This document shows, piece by piece, positions 18,889 to 29,392 of a stretch of 64,000 bases of DNA. Origin of the DNA: Terrimicrobiaceae bacterium (lineage in GTDB: Bacteria; Verrucomicrobiota; Verrucomicrobiia; Chthoniobacterales; Terrimicrobiaceae). Position numbers and translations under genes: made by a program. Numbering within the stretch: position 1 is the stretch's first letter; each line of letters opens with the position of its first letter. The stretch lies in assembly GCA_044342325.1 (NCBI GenBank), contig JBIIPZ010000009.1, positions 1 through 64,000 of the forward strand. Direction: 5' to 3'. Below the pieces are notes generated by a model that made no database searches, had not been told where the DNA came from, and worked only from the letters and a program-made list of their open reading frames with translations.

Positions 18889-21800
18889 ATGATGAAAAAG
18901 ACTTTTTGGCAACCCACATCCTCCTTGGACTTATTGAGCCTACTTCCCTCGGCTATTATTATGGCACTTCTCATTTCAATCCCCTCACTCAACGCCCAGT
19001 CTGGGGATTCTGCATTCGTCACGCATCTGGATTTTTCAAAAGGCCTCGTGGGAAAAACCTCCGGCAATGTGAAGTTGGAGAGTCTGGAAACCCAGATGGG
19101 CGGCCATCTGGACAGCTATCAGGCCGCCACCATGGCGGGCAAAGGCGCGAGTCTGGCTTTTGAAGTGCCTGCTCCCGGCAAAGGTGAGGATTTGCTTTTG
19201 GAGATTCGGGAAATCCACAACCGCCGCCCTGGGGTCTTCGGCTACACGGTTCTTGTCAACGGCCGCAAAGAATATTTCCGGACCTACGAGGAATACGGTG
19301 CGGGGCCGAACCATTTTTTTGTCCAAGTGCCTGCGAAGTCGTTTTCCGGGTCAGAACCGGTGCGCGTGGAGCTGCGCAGCGAGGGTGCCACGCCGTTCAG
19401 CATCGCGGACATCTGGGCCTACCATGATTTTGCAAACAAGGTCGCGATGCGCGAAGCCGTTTATCGTCCCATGGCTCTTCATGGCCTGAAACCGCCCAAG
19501 GATGGGAAAAAGCCGGTCTTCCATTCCTTCTCACCGCTGGGAACCCTTACGATCGCCTCCTACGGGTCGCGCCACCCGGAATCAGGACGCGACTCTTTGA
19601 TCAAAAACCTCAATACCGATGCCGCTGCCGGGGAAATGAGCGTGTGGCTCGTCAACGGCACCGCTTGGGGCGGAAAACCGAACGGGCCGGACGGTCTCGG
19701 CGGCTACTTCAGCGATCCAAGATACAGCCTGCTCGGCTACGATGCCGCCAACGGACGCTTTATTCCCTCCTGGCCCGGCATGTGGTCGAACACCGCCTGG
19801 CCGACCTTGCGGGACGAAACCATGAACGCTTTTCTCGAAAACCGCTTCCAACGGATGATGGATGGCCACACCGAGGCGATCGACCGTCTCAAGGCGCAGG
19901 GTCTTGCCCCCAACCTCGTGATCGTGCGCGAGTGGGGCCCAGCCATTGGGGAAATCAGCAACACCGCCATCGAGGACGCCCGCCGCGACGGCATTAATCT
20001 CGACCCCTCAAATGGCCTCGATCCGGAGGCGCGCCTGTGGATGCATCGGGATGGCGTGAGCCTCTGGAAGGATTTTGCTGCCAGCACACGCCGCGCCGTC
20101 GAACGCGACAGCGTCCTTGTGGATAACGGAAATATCGTTCTTCCTGACACCCAGTTGCTGGACAATCTCTACTCGCAGCCGGATTTCCTGACCGATTGGC
20201 CGATGGAGGACCTTCGATGGAGTGCCGGCCAACCAGGCATGGTTCCAGGGCTATGGAGCAGTGGCGAAATGGGAAAGGGCACCGAATACCGCGAACTTGC
20301 CATGTATGACTACCTCCGAGCCCGCGGCCGGCTCGCGATGGTCAATATGGAGCGCACGATCCTTAAGGACGATTTTTCGGTTCTCAAAGACCACTACGCA
20401 CGCGGCTTTCAGTTCATGACCCTCTTCAATACCTACGACGGTGATGAGAAATTGGTTGAAGCTGTGGATCGTTGCGACAGCGAGCCCGCACTGCCCGCCG
20501 TCCACCGCGAGCCTTCGCTTCTCGCTCTGGATTTTCCGCGACAGAAAAAGTTCGGTCCCGAGGAGGCAGTTGTTTCGAAACAAAATGTTACGATCGAGCA
20601 TGCCAAGACATTCCGCGCGGGCGAGCACGGCGCCCCCCGCTTGGCCGTGGTCGATTCCGCCAAACCTGGCGATATCACTTACCGCATCGAAAATCCGGAC
20701 ACCTTCACCGCCGCGCTGAATCTCCACTTGCAAGGGCGCATCTCAACCGTGAAGGGAAATAGCATCGAAATCCTCGCCGGGGAGTCGCTGGGAACACTGT
20801 CAAAAATCAAGACGCTGACCGCAGATGATCTCCCCACCCCCAAACGGTGGACGCCTCATGTGACCTCCGAGACGACCATTGATCTGGGCCATGCGATGAT
20901 CGGCAAAACAGAATACTACATCCGATTCGTGCTGCACTCACCCAGCTCACGAGACGCCGCGTTCCTAATGAAAATCGCCGTCGGCTCGCAGTGGGAACGA
21001 AAAAGCGGGTATCTCTCGGGCCAACCTCTCAAACGTCAAGACCAGCGGATTCAGAACCTCTGGGTGCAAGATCGGGTGATCGCCGAGAACATGCTTGGGC
21101 AATTCACGGAAGCATCCGGAGGCGAAGCGGACAAATCAGCACACAGAGCGAAAATTCAAAAACAGGCCGAGGATTTGATCAGCCGTGGATGGTATCGCAG
21201 CGCCTACCGGTTGCTTGCTGGCGAGATATCGCAAATCCTCCCCGCTCGCTATGTCGTTCGAGGCGGCGGCACGCTGGACTGCTGGCCGGTGGAAGTCGCC
21301 ATGCCATCCGAGAAAGACAGTGTCGTGGTGAGGCTGCTCAGTGTCGCCCCCGAGAAAGTGTCCTTCTCCCTCAAGGCCGATCAAGTAGGGCAGAAAGTCG
21401 CATTAGCATTTCCTGGCCTTGATCCCTCGAAAAAATGGACCCTCAAAACAACGGGCGTGAACAGCTATGAAATCCTGCCTGCGAAAGACACCGATCTGCT
21501 ACTTGTCGTCGAGAAAGGGAAGGTCGGGATCACCATCGGACTCGATCCGGTGCCAACTGCCCCGAAGCAGGCACTCCCCCGCCACATCGTTGGCCGTGTG
21601 CTCGGCTGGAATAAGGCCCGCATCACCATCGATACGCAGAACCTGGAATTGATGAACAACAACGACTCGATAGCGATCCCGCTCTCCAAAAATGTCAAAG
21701 TCTCCCGCAAGGCAGACCAGCTCACCGATCCCAAGGCAGGGACAGCCCCTGACAAACTCGACCATGTGGCGCTGGAATTGGATGAAAAAGGCGAGGTCAT

Positions 21801-22614
21801 CAGCGTCGATGCCCGTTACGGCCGCGATCGTGGACGCATCAAGGAATTCCACGCGCCAGTCTTGATCGGAGACCTCGCCGTCGGCGGCATCACTCTGGAA
21901 AACGGCCGCCGCTACGATTTCAACTACGACAAGACCCACGGCACCCGCTTTGCCACCGTGGCCTTGAACAACCTGATCCTGAACTACGAACTCACCCACC
22001 TCGCGGAGGGGCTAAAACCCGGCACCGAGGTCGAGATCGCCTACACACCAGCGATGAAAGAAGGCCGCGCGCCGCGCCTGTTCCTTGTCAACCAGCCGAC
22101 CCGCGTGCTGCTGGAGGAGGATTACACGCTGGCGAACGACGACGCATGGCGCAAAAAAACGACATCCATCGACAGAGTGGATGTGATCAATCACCGACCG
22201 GAGCCGAACTATCTTCACAATGTGGTCATCCGGCTCCTGCGGCCCACCACATGGTTCCAGCCCGGCAGCGTGGTGTATCAGGTGAAAAGTGAAACTCCGC
22301 TCGGCGACACCGCGCTCGAGTTCAATGCCCGCGCCTTCGAGGATTCCAGCCGCGTGGAATTCTTCACCAGTCTGGATGGCAAAAAATGGACCAAGGTCGG
22401 CCAGTTCGACAACACCTGGCAGAACAACATCCCGCAAAGTCCGAACAGCAAGACCTGGAAATTCCCGCCGCAGACGGTCGACCTGACGCCGAGCGTCAAA
22501 GGCCTGAAGGATTTTTACCTGAAAATCTCCCTCACCACCGGAGATGCCGATGACCGTTTTTGCTTCGGTGGTTTCCGCGTTCTCAGCGCCGACACGACTC
22601 TCACAAAAAACTGA
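18889..22614 (+). CDS. Large secreted multidomain protein of unassigned family, paralog A1 (putative glycoside hydrolase)
   Basis: Signal-like N-terminus; family motifs EIHNRRP..FGY, YFRTYEE.GAGPNHFFV, GPDGLGGYFSD, IVREWGP, WSSGE, NMER, HRPEPNYL, ARAFEDSSRV. Start could alternatively be 18961. Confidence 0.8.
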   Translation: MMKKTFWQPTSSLDLLSLLPSAIIMALLISIPSLNAQSGDSAFVTHLDFSKGLVGKTSGNVKLESLETQMGGHLDSYQAATMAGKGASLAFEVPAPGKGEDLLLEIREIHNRRPGVFGYTVLVNGRKEYFRTYEEYGAGPNHFFVQVPAKSFSGSEPVRVELRSEGATPFSIADIWAYHDFANKVAMREAVYRPMALHGLKPPKDGKKPVFHSFSPLGTLTIASYGSRHPESGRDSLIKNLNTDAAAGEMSVWLVNGTAWGGKPNGPDGLGGYFSDPRYSLLGYDAANGRFIPSWPGMWSNTAWPTLRDETMNAFLENRFQRMMDGHTEAIDRLKAQGLAPNLVIVREWGPAIGEISNTAIEDARRDGINLDPSNGLDPEARLWMHRDGVSLWKDFAASTRRAVERDSVLVDNGNIVLPDTQLLDNLYSQPDFLTDWPMEDLRWSAGQPGMVPGLWSSGEMGKGTEYRELAMYDYLRARGRLAMVNMERTILKDDFSVLKDHYARGFQFMTLFNTYDGDEKLVEAVDRCDSEPALPAVHREPSLLALDFPRQKKFGPEEAVVSKQNVTIEHAKTFRAGEHGAPRLAVVDSAKPGDITYRIENPDTFTAALNLHLQGRISTVKGNSIEILAGESLGTLSKIKTLTADDLPTPKRWTPHVTSETTIDLGHAMIGKTEYYIRFVLHSPSSRDAAFLMKIAVGSQWERKSGYLSGQPLKRQDQRIQNLWVQDRVIAENMLGQFTEASGGEADKSAHRAKIQKQAEDLISRGWYRSAYRLLAGEISQILPARYVVRGGGTLDCWPVEVAMPSEKDSVVVRLLSVAPEKVSFSLKADQVGQKVALAFPGLDPSKKWTLKTTGVNSYEILPAKDTDLLLVVEKGKVGITIGLDPVPTAPKQALPRHIVGRVLGWNKARITIDTQNLELMNNNDSIAIPLSKNVKVSRKADQLTDPKAGTAPDKLDHVALELDEKGEVISVDARYGRDRGRIKEFHAPVLIGDLAVGGITLENGRRYDFNYDKTHGTRFATVALNNLILNYELTHLAEGLKPGTEVEIAYTPAMKEGRAPRLFLVNQPTRVLLEEDYTLANDDAWRKKTTSIDRVDVINHRPEPNYLHNVVIRLLRPTTWFQPGSVVYQVKSETPLGDTALEFNARAFEDSSRVEFFTSLDGKKWTKVGQFDNTWQNNIPQSPNSKTWKFPPQTVDLTPSVKGLKDFYLKISLTTGDADDRFCFGGFRVLSADTTLTKN

Positions 22615-22615
22615 T

Positions 22616-24103
22616 ATGAAAACAACCCTCACCATCCTTCTCGCCGCTGCGGCTGCCACGACGCTCTCCGCCGCTCTTGCTAAAAAATCCGAGCTCCCGA
22701 AGCCAAACATCATTCTCATGGTTGCCGATGATCTTGGGTTTGGTGACCTGGGCTGCTACGGAGCAACGAAAGTCAAAACGCCAAATATTGACCGGCTTGC
22801 CGCCCAAGGCGTTCGCCTCACCGATGCCCACGCCCCGGCAGCAGTCTGCCAGCCGACCCGCTACGGGATTCTCACCGGGCGCTACCACTGGCGCGCAAAG
22901 CGGACCGGAAATGGATATTATTTTCAGGACAACGAAATCCTTTTGCCTGAAGTCCTGCGCCAGTCGGGCTACGCCACCGCGGCCTTCGGCAAGTGGCATC
23001 TCGGCTGGGGCCTCGACCAGCAATGGCCCGCCGATCTGTGGACCAAACCCATCAGCCACGGTCCGAACCAAGCCGGCTTTGACTACTCGTTCATGCAAGC
23101 CAGCGGCCACGAGTGGCCTCCGTTTGTGTTTGTGGAGAATGGTCAGGTTTACAAAGGCGACCCGAAAGATCCGCTTACGATCGTCAAGGAAACACCCGCC
23201 AATTTTATCGCGGCCTACGCTGGCGGGCAGGGTTCGAGTAAGGGCGCCAAAGCTGCCCACGAAGCCTACGATGTCGAGCGTCTCGATCTGGAGATCACCG
23301 AACGGGCCAACGACTGGATCGGGCAACAAAAAAAGCCGTTCTTTGTTTACCTCCCCTTTTTCGCACCCCATGTGCCGATCCTGCCCTCGAAGGAATTTCA
23401 AGGCACGAGCCAGGCGGGAATTTACGGTGACTTTCTCCAGCAATTCGACCACGCGGTCGGAATGGTTCTGGATTCTCTCGAAAAAAACGGTCTCGCGGAA
23501 AACACCCTCGTCATCCTCACCAGCGACAACGGCGGTTGCCATGTGCAATGCTCGATCGACGCTGGGCACCGTAGCAACGCCCACCTTTTGGGTTTGAAGA
23601 CCGATTCCTGGGAGGGCGGCCACCGCGTGCCATTCATCGCCCGTTGGCTAGGCAAAATCCCCGCCGATAAAGTCTCCGACAAGCTCCTGTCTCTCACCGA
23701 CCTTTTCCCGACAATCGTTGCAGCCACAGGAACCCTTCTTCCTCGCGACGCCGCGCCGGACGGACTCAACCAGCTTGCCCTCCTCGAACACCCGATCGAC
23801 ACCCCTGCCATCCGCTCCGAGATGGTTTACAATGGCAACGCACTCCGGAGTGGCGACTGGGTCTATCTGCCCAAGCCCGGCAACATGGGGGCGTTTGGCA
23901 CCTTCTACTTCAAGCCGTTCGGCTACAAAAATTCCCAACACGATGCCGATGGCAAGCTCTTGCCCGACGCTCTGCCCGAGCAGCTCTACAATCTCCGCGA
24001 GGATCCCTCTCAAACCAGCAATCTCGCCGCCAAGCACCCGGCCATTGCCAAGCAAATGGCTGCACGGTTGAAGGAAATCCAGCGTCAGTCGAAATCCAAA
24101 TGA
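22616..24103 (+). CDS. S1 sulfatase, secreted, local subtype S-I
   Basis: PNIILMVADDLGFGD, HAPAAVCQPTRY, GKWHLG, TSDNGGCH, KTDSWEGGHRVP. ATG is 1 nt after the A1 stop. Confidence 0.95.
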   Translation: MKTTLTILLAAAAATTLSAALAKKSELPKPNIILMVADDLGFGDLGCYGATKVKTPNIDRLAAQGVRLTDAHAPAAVCQPTRYGILTGRYHWRAKRTGNGYYFQDNEILLPEVLRQSGYATAAFGKWHLGWGLDQQWPADLWTKPISHGPNQAGFDYSFMQASGHEWPPFVFVENGQVYKGDPKDPLTIVKETPANFIAAYAGGQGSSKGAKAAHEAYDVERLDLEITERANDWIGQQKKPFFVYLPFFAPHVPILPSKEFQGTSQAGIYGDFLQQFDHAVGMVLDSLEKNGLAENTLVILTSDNGGCHVQCSIDAGHRSNAHLLGLKTDSWEGGHRVPFIARWLGKIPADKVSDKLLSLTDLFPTIVAATGTLLPRDAAPDGLNQLALLEHPIDTPAIRSEMVYNGNALRSGDWVYLPKPGNMGAFGTFYFKPFGYKNSQHDADGKLLPDALPEQLYNLREDPSQTSNLAAKHPAIAKQMAARLKEIQRQSKSK

Positions 24104-25725
24104 AAACCCTGCTCCTCGCCCCCCTCGCCCTTTTCGTCGGATTCTTTTCACCCGCCCAGGCAACAACGACGCGTCCAAACATCGTGTTGTTCCTGGCCGA
24201 CGACTTGGGCTTCGCCAACCTCGGCTGCTACGACCAACCGGATTTTCACACTCCCCATGTCGATGAAATCGCCGCCCGGGGGGTAAAGTTCACCGATGGA
24301 CACGCGCCGGCTGCCGTTTGCCAGCCCTCGCGCTACGCGATTCTGGCGGGCCGGTGGTATTGGCGCTCGATGTGGGGCCGTTACCAATCTGGAATCTATT
24401 TTCAGGAAAACGAAATCCTCCTGCCCCAAGTCCTCAAGGATGCGGGTTATTCCACCGCCGTATTTGGCAAATGGCACCTCGGATTCGGTCCGCGAAAAGG
24501 GCGCGGCGAGGAACCGGACTGGAATGCCGAACTCAAACCCGGCCCTCTGGAGTGCGGGTTCGACGACTGGTTCGGAATGCCGAACGCCCACAACATGCCG
24601 CCCTTCGTGTTTGTCGAGAACCACCGCGTTTACAAAGGAGATCCGGCAGATCCAATCGTGATGCACTCCACCGAGGATGCAAAGGCGAAGAAAATCCCGC
24701 AAGCCACAGGTTGGGGCGCGAGCAGCGGAGCAAAAGCCGCCCACGAGGCCTGCCCACGGGATCGTATCGACCTTATCATCGGGGAGCGCGCCGCCGCCTG
24801 GGTGGCCGAGCAAAAACCAGACAAACCTTTTTTCCTCTATGTGCCCTTCTTTGCTCCCCACGCGCCGGTTGAGCCTGCTGAAGAGTTTCTTGGCCAAAGT
24901 CCCATGGCAAAGCGTGTGAAGAAAAATACCAACTCCACGCGCACGGCCGATGTCGTGCAGCAAATGGATCACGCCGTTGGCATGGTGATGACTGCATTGA
25001 AGGAAAAAGGCGTGCTCGAAAACACGATCGTGGTCTTCAGCAGCGACAACGGAAACATCAACCTCGGCGACAACCAAGCCATCGGCTTCCGCACCAACGG
25101 CCCGTTCAACGGCAACAAGGGGGAAATTTGGGAGGGAGGGCACCGCGTGCCTTTCCTCGTTTCCTGGCCTGGCCACATTCCCGAAGGAAAGACCTGCGAC
25201 AAGTTCATCTCGCTGATCGATCTCTACCGCACTTTTCTGGCTGCGGCTGACATCCCGCTCCCAGAGGGGGCGGCTCCGGATGGTCTCGACATGCTTTCGC
25301 TCTGGGAGCATCCCGACACTGGCGAAGGACGAAAAATCATGCTCTATCGCGGCAAGGGCCATGCCCTCCGGGTTGGAGACTGGGTTTATGTTCCCCCGGC
25401 CGAAGTTCCCAATACAAAACCTGTGAAACTCGTATCCCAGGGGGCTGGTGGATTGGCCGATGGGGGCGGAGGCCCTGCCGTGAAACTCGGCTACACCAAC
25501 AGCGATTTTGATGAAAACGGCAAGCTGAAGCCGGATGCTCCGGCGGAACAAATTTACAATCTCCGCAACGATCCCTCCCAGACGAACAATCTCTTTCAGA
25601 CCGAAAAAGAGCGCTTGGCTGTGCTTCGAAAAATCCAGCAATCCCTCAAAACCAGTCAAAACAAGCCTCTCGAGGATCTCCTGAAGAAGCTCACGCCAGA
25701 GGAATCCTCGCTGCTCGGCATCTAA
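24100..25725 (+). CDS. S1 sulfatase, secreted, local subtype S-II
   Basis: PNIVLFLADDLG, HAPAAVCQPSRY, GKWHLG, SSDNG, KGEIWEGGHRVP; ATGA overlap with the upstream gene. Confidence 0.95.
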   Translation: MKTLLLAPLALFVGFFSPAQATTTRPNIVLFLADDLGFANLGCYDQPDFHTPHVDEIAARGVKFTDGHAPAAVCQPSRYAILAGRWYWRSMWGRYQSGIYFQENEILLPQVLKDAGYSTAVFGKWHLGFGPRKGRGEEPDWNAELKPGPLECGFDDWFGMPNAHNMPPFVFVENHRVYKGDPADPIVMHSTEDAKAKKIPQATGWGASSGAKAAHEACPRDRIDLIIGERAAAWVAEQKPDKPFFLYVPFFAPHAPVEPAEEFLGQSPMAKRVKKNTNSTRTADVVQQMDHAVGMVMTALKEKGVLENTIVVFSSDNGNINLGDNQAIGFRTNGPFNGNKGEIWEGGHRVPFLVSWPGHIPEGKTCDKFISLIDLYRTFLAAADIPLPEGAAPDGLDMLSLWEHPDTGEGRKIMLYRGKGHALRVGDWVYVPPAEVPNTKPVKLVSQGAGGLADGGGGPAVKLGYTNSDFDENGKLKPDAPAEQIYNLRNDPSQTNNLFQTEKERLAVLRKIQQSLKTSQNKPLEDLLKKLTPEESSLLGI

Positions 25726-25741
25726 TACCTACTTACCACTC

Positions 25742-28700
25742 ATGAAAAAAACGATTCTCGCAACACTCGTTGCCCTCACCCCGTTGCTCTCCTTCGCATC
25801 CAGCGGGATTTCCGATCAGATTCAATTCGGAGACGCCGCCAGCGAAAAAAGCCATCGCGCGACCTTCTCATCGGGCGTGGAGAGCAAGAAACTCGACACG
25901 ACCGTCGGCTTCATGAAGCACAGCCACGCCACCCGTGAATTTTCTGGCAAAGGCTCCGAGGCCTCCTTCCAGCTCAAAGTGCCGCTCAAAGAAGCCGCTC
26001 CGCGCGTTCTCCTCGAAATCCAAGAAGTCCACGACCGCCGCAATGTCTTCGGCTACTCGGTTTATGCGGGCGGAAAGAAAGTTTACTTCCGCAGCTACGA
26101 GGAAATCAGCGGCGGGCCCAACCATTACTTCGTGGAAATCGACCGTGACTTGGTTGGCAAAAACGGACTCTTGGATGTCAAAATCGTGAGCGAGGGAACC
26201 GCACCCTTCAACATCTCCCAGGTTTGGATTTACCCCGACTTCAACAAACTGGCCGAGCAAGAGAACATCTTCACCAAGCTGGGCTTCATCGTGGCTCTCT
26301 CACCGGAGCTGGTGGGTCTGAAAGTCGATCCAAAGGACGACAGCGTCGAAACCGGCGTCAAAATCGCCAATGGTATCCGCGAAAAATACGCGACCCAATC
26401 CTACGACCTCGGATTCCTGAGTTTCATCGGATACGCGCGGCGCTCCGAGGAGGAATCCCGCAAGGCGATCGACAAGGCCCTTGCTGTCTCCGCCGCCACC
26501 GGCCTGCCCTACCACTTCATGCTCCAATCCTGGTGGGGCGGCGCCAATGTCGGCCCCGATGGCTTGGGCGGCTACTTCTCCGATCTCAAATACGAATCCG
26601 TCAACTACGACCCCGAAACAAAGGAATTCACCCCCTCTTTTCCGAATCAGTGGGGCAATTCCCTCTGGCCGACCAAAAACAACCCGCACCTCAACAAGGT
26701 CAACAACCACCGCATCGGCAATGTGGCCCGCTACATCGCCGACCGCACCGAAGCGCTTCGCGTCTCCGAAGGCAATGTTCCCGCGCCGGTGATCTATGCC
26801 GAGTGGGGCCCTAACTACGGCCCTGACTACAACGCCGCCGCTGTCGAAGCCGCAAAAAAAGACGGCGTCATCCTCGACCCGCGCGATGGGCTGTCGCGCG
26901 AGGAGGCCCAGTGGATTTATGAAAGCTACGGCCAGTATTTCAACCAGCAGGCGCCAACTTACAAAGAGTCGCTCGGCCGGGGGCATGTGATTGTGAAAGA
27001 CGGCAAGGCCCAACCTCCCGCCGACCCGCTCATCGACAATCTTTACACCCATGGCTTCTGGGACCACGGCAACCCGAACTACGACCGCAAGCAGGGCTAC
27101 TGGCAGCAATGCATGAACGAAGGCATGTGGACGAGCGGCGAACTCTACCCCCGCTATCCCCAGACTTTCTACGACTACATCCTGCCCGTGAGCCGTGTGA
27201 CTTGCGTGAATCTGGAACGCGCCATGGTGAACGATCTCGGTTTCATGAAGGACAGCTACGGTCGGGGATTGGAGTTCGTGACCCTCTTCAACTGCAAACC
27301 CGGCGACGAAGCCCTGCTAAAGGCCGTCGATGGCGTGGAGAATCTCCCCAAGCCCGTTGAATCCTACGACCGACATGTCCTTGATGTCTTCTTCGCTCGC
27401 GACAAGTCGGTCGAAAAATCCAGAGGCTTTGTGAATGCGAGTGGCGTGGAAATCGAAGGCTCCAAGTTGCATCCCTCCGAATCCAAAAAAACCGGTCGCG
27501 TCGTTTATCGCATCGAGGATTCGGGGACCGCCTTCGCGAATGGCTTGAAATTGGAAATCGTCGGCAGCATCGGACGCCGCGCGACGGGCGACGACTGGAC
27601 GATCAAGGTTTTGGCCGGATCGGATCCGCAGAAGTTGCAACCCGTGGCGACCCTAACCTCCATCGAACTCGCCAAGGCCAAAGGAAAATCGGCCACGGTG
27701 GATCTCGGAGCTGTGGCCAAGGGTCAAAAGCTACTTTTCACCGCCGTGGAATTGCGCTCCGGCGGTCAACCTGACGAGGTCGAGGTGCGCGAAATTTCCG
27801 CCTTCATTCCATGGCCTGAAAAATCCGGACAGACCGATGGCTCCGTGCCGACGATGAAACAAAACCGCCTGCGTAGCTTGTGGCTCCAGCAGCGGGCTCG
27901 ACTCGACCGCGCCATCCGCGACTTCCAATCCCGCAGTGGCCCCACGGAAATCCTTGCGAAGGCCAAAACCTTGCGTGAAGAAGGCCGCTATGCCACAGCC
28001 CACCGCTTGCTGACCGGCGAAATTGCCAGTATTCTCCCCGCACGATACTCCATTGCGGGAGAAGGGCCTCTCTCTCCGCATCCAGTCATGGTGAGCGCGG
28101 CTGACAAAAAGGCCATCGTGCAAGTGGAACTTCTCTCCTGCGACAAAAACGGCGCGTCGCTCCGACTAAACTCCGATCGCCCCACCGAAGTCAACCTTCG
28201 CTTTGCCAAGCTCCAGACTGGCCGCAGCTACTCGCTCGTGGAAACGAGCCCCCAGCTCTACCGCGTCGAGCCCGCTGCGAATGCAGAAGCGATTGCTCCG
28301 GCAGCTGACGGCACGCTCGCCCTCAAGCTCCAAAGCGCTCCTCCCGTGATCCAGCCGGAATTCCCGTTTGAGCCGCTCAGGCAGGTTGCGATCCCTCGCC
28401 AGACCAAAGGAAAATCCGAGATCGTGAAGGGAACGATTCGCTCCTTCACGCCTCCCTCACTCGAAGGCGAAGGCTGCAACGGCATTGTTGAAATGGACAA
28501 CGGCGAGCGCTACGAACTCGCCTATCTCCCTTGGTATACCAAGACGAACCTCGTCGGTTGCTCGGACCTGAAATCCCTCGGCTTGGATGGAATCAGCAGC
28601 GCCTTCCGGCCCGGATCCTTGATCACACTGGAGGTCGATTCCATGACCTACGAAGGCAAGCCGCCCCGCATCATCAAAGCCACCCAGCCGGTAAAAACTC

Positions 28701-29137
28701 TCCTTTCCGAAGACTACACCAAGGCCGACGACACCTGGGCCAGCCGCGCGGCCGAGGTCTCTGGACTCCATGTCAAAGACTACCGGGGCAAAAAGCTCTA
28801 CCCGGTTAAAAACTGGCAACCTGGCCATGTGGTCTATCACCTCGAAAATGGAGGAAAACCCTTCGGCCAAACCGCCGTCGGCTTCAACGGACGCGTGATT
28901 TTGAACCCCGCCAACAAAGTCAGCTTCTTCGTCCGCACCGATGGCGGAGACTGGAAGGAATGCGCCGTATTCGTCACCAAGAGCCCGGGATCAAACAACC
29001 CCCGCGCCACGAAATTCATCGATGTCACCGACCTCGTCAAAGGCAAGACCGCCTTCGACCTCAAAGTCGAAATCCACACCGCCAACGACACCTGGGCCAT
29101 GGTGGAGGGCCTCCAAGTTAGAACCCTCGGGGACTGA
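25742..29137 (+). CDS. Large secreted multidomain protein of unassigned family, paralog B1
   Basis: Signal peptide MKKTILATLVALTPLLSFA; YFRSYEEISGGPNHYFV, GPDGLGGYFSD, PSFPNQWG, IYAEWGP, WTSGE, NLER, GRVILNP. Confidence 0.85.
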   Translation: MKKTILATLVALTPLLSFASSGISDQIQFGDAASEKSHRATFSSGVESKKLDTTVGFMKHSHATREFSGKGSEASFQLKVPLKEAAPRVLLEIQEVHDRRNVFGYSVYAGGKKVYFRSYEEISGGPNHYFVEIDRDLVGKNGLLDVKIVSEGTAPFNISQVWIYPDFNKLAEQENIFTKLGFIVALSPELVGLKVDPKDDSVETGVKIANGIREKYATQSYDLGFLSFIGYARRSEEESRKAIDKALAVSAATGLPYHFMLQSWWGGANVGPDGLGGYFSDLKYESVNYDPETKEFTPSFPNQWGNSLWPTKNNPHLNKVNNHRIGNVARYIADRTEALRVSEGNVPAPVIYAEWGPNYGPDYNAAAVEAAKKDGVILDPRDGLSREEAQWIYESYGQYFNQQAPTYKESLGRGHVIVKDGKAQPPADPLIDNLYTHGFWDHGNPNYDRKQGYWQQCMNEGMWTSGELYPRYPQTFYDYILPVSRVTCVNLERAMVNDLGFMKDSYGRGLEFVTLFNCKPGDEALLKAVDGVENLPKPVESYDRHVLDVFFARDKSVEKSRGFVNASGVEIEGSKLHPSESKKTGRVVYRIEDSGTAFANGLKLEIVGSIGRRATGDDWTIKVLAGSDPQKLQPVATLTSIELAKAKGKSATVDLGAVAKGQKLLFTAVELRSGGQPDEVEVREISAFIPWPEKSGQTDGSVPTMKQNRLRSLWLQQRARLDRAIRDFQSRSGPTEILAKAKTLREEGRYATAHRLLTGEIASILPARYSIAGEGPLSPHPVMVSAADKKAIVQVELLSCDKNGASLRLNSDRPTEVNLRFAKLQTGRSYSLVETSPQLYRVEPAANAEAIAPAADGTLALKLQSAPPVIQPEFPFEPLRQVAIPRQTKGKSEIVKGTIRSFTPPSLEGEGCNGIVEMDNGERYELAYLPWYTKTNLVGCSDLKSLGLDGISSAFRPGSLITLEVDSMTYEGKPPRIIKATQPVKTLLSEDYTKADDTWASRAAEVSGLHVKDYRGKKLYPVKNWQPGHVVYHLENGGKPFGQTAVGFNGRVILNPANKVSFFVRTDGGDWKECAVFVTKSPGSNNPRATKFIDVTDLVKGKTAFDLKVEIHTANDTWAMVEGLQVRTLGD

Positions 29138-29141
29138 TCGC

Positions 29142-29351
29142 ATGATAAATTGGATCTCCACAACAAGCCTGCCGAAGAACATTTTCTACAATGTTGTTCT
29201 GCCAATATTCTTCGGCTGGGCACTCTTCCATTTCTTTTGCACGGCACTCGGATGAGCCAATCCCGCGCTTGCCACGATTTATGGGTTCTTGGCCCTCATA
29301 ACCATTTTAGGGTCTTTGATTAGAAATCTTGCCACGAATTTCTTAAGCTAA
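29142..29351 (+). pseudogene. Possible small two-TM membrane protein with an internal TGA
   Basis: MINWISTTSLPKNIFYNVVLPIFFGWALFHFFCTALG*ANPALATIYGFLALITILGSLIRNLATNFLS*; both halves are hydrophobic and in the same frame. Confidence 0.35.
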
Positions 29352-29392
29352 TCCTAAAGGCGCTTTTAAATTAAAATTAGTTTTATTGAAGC

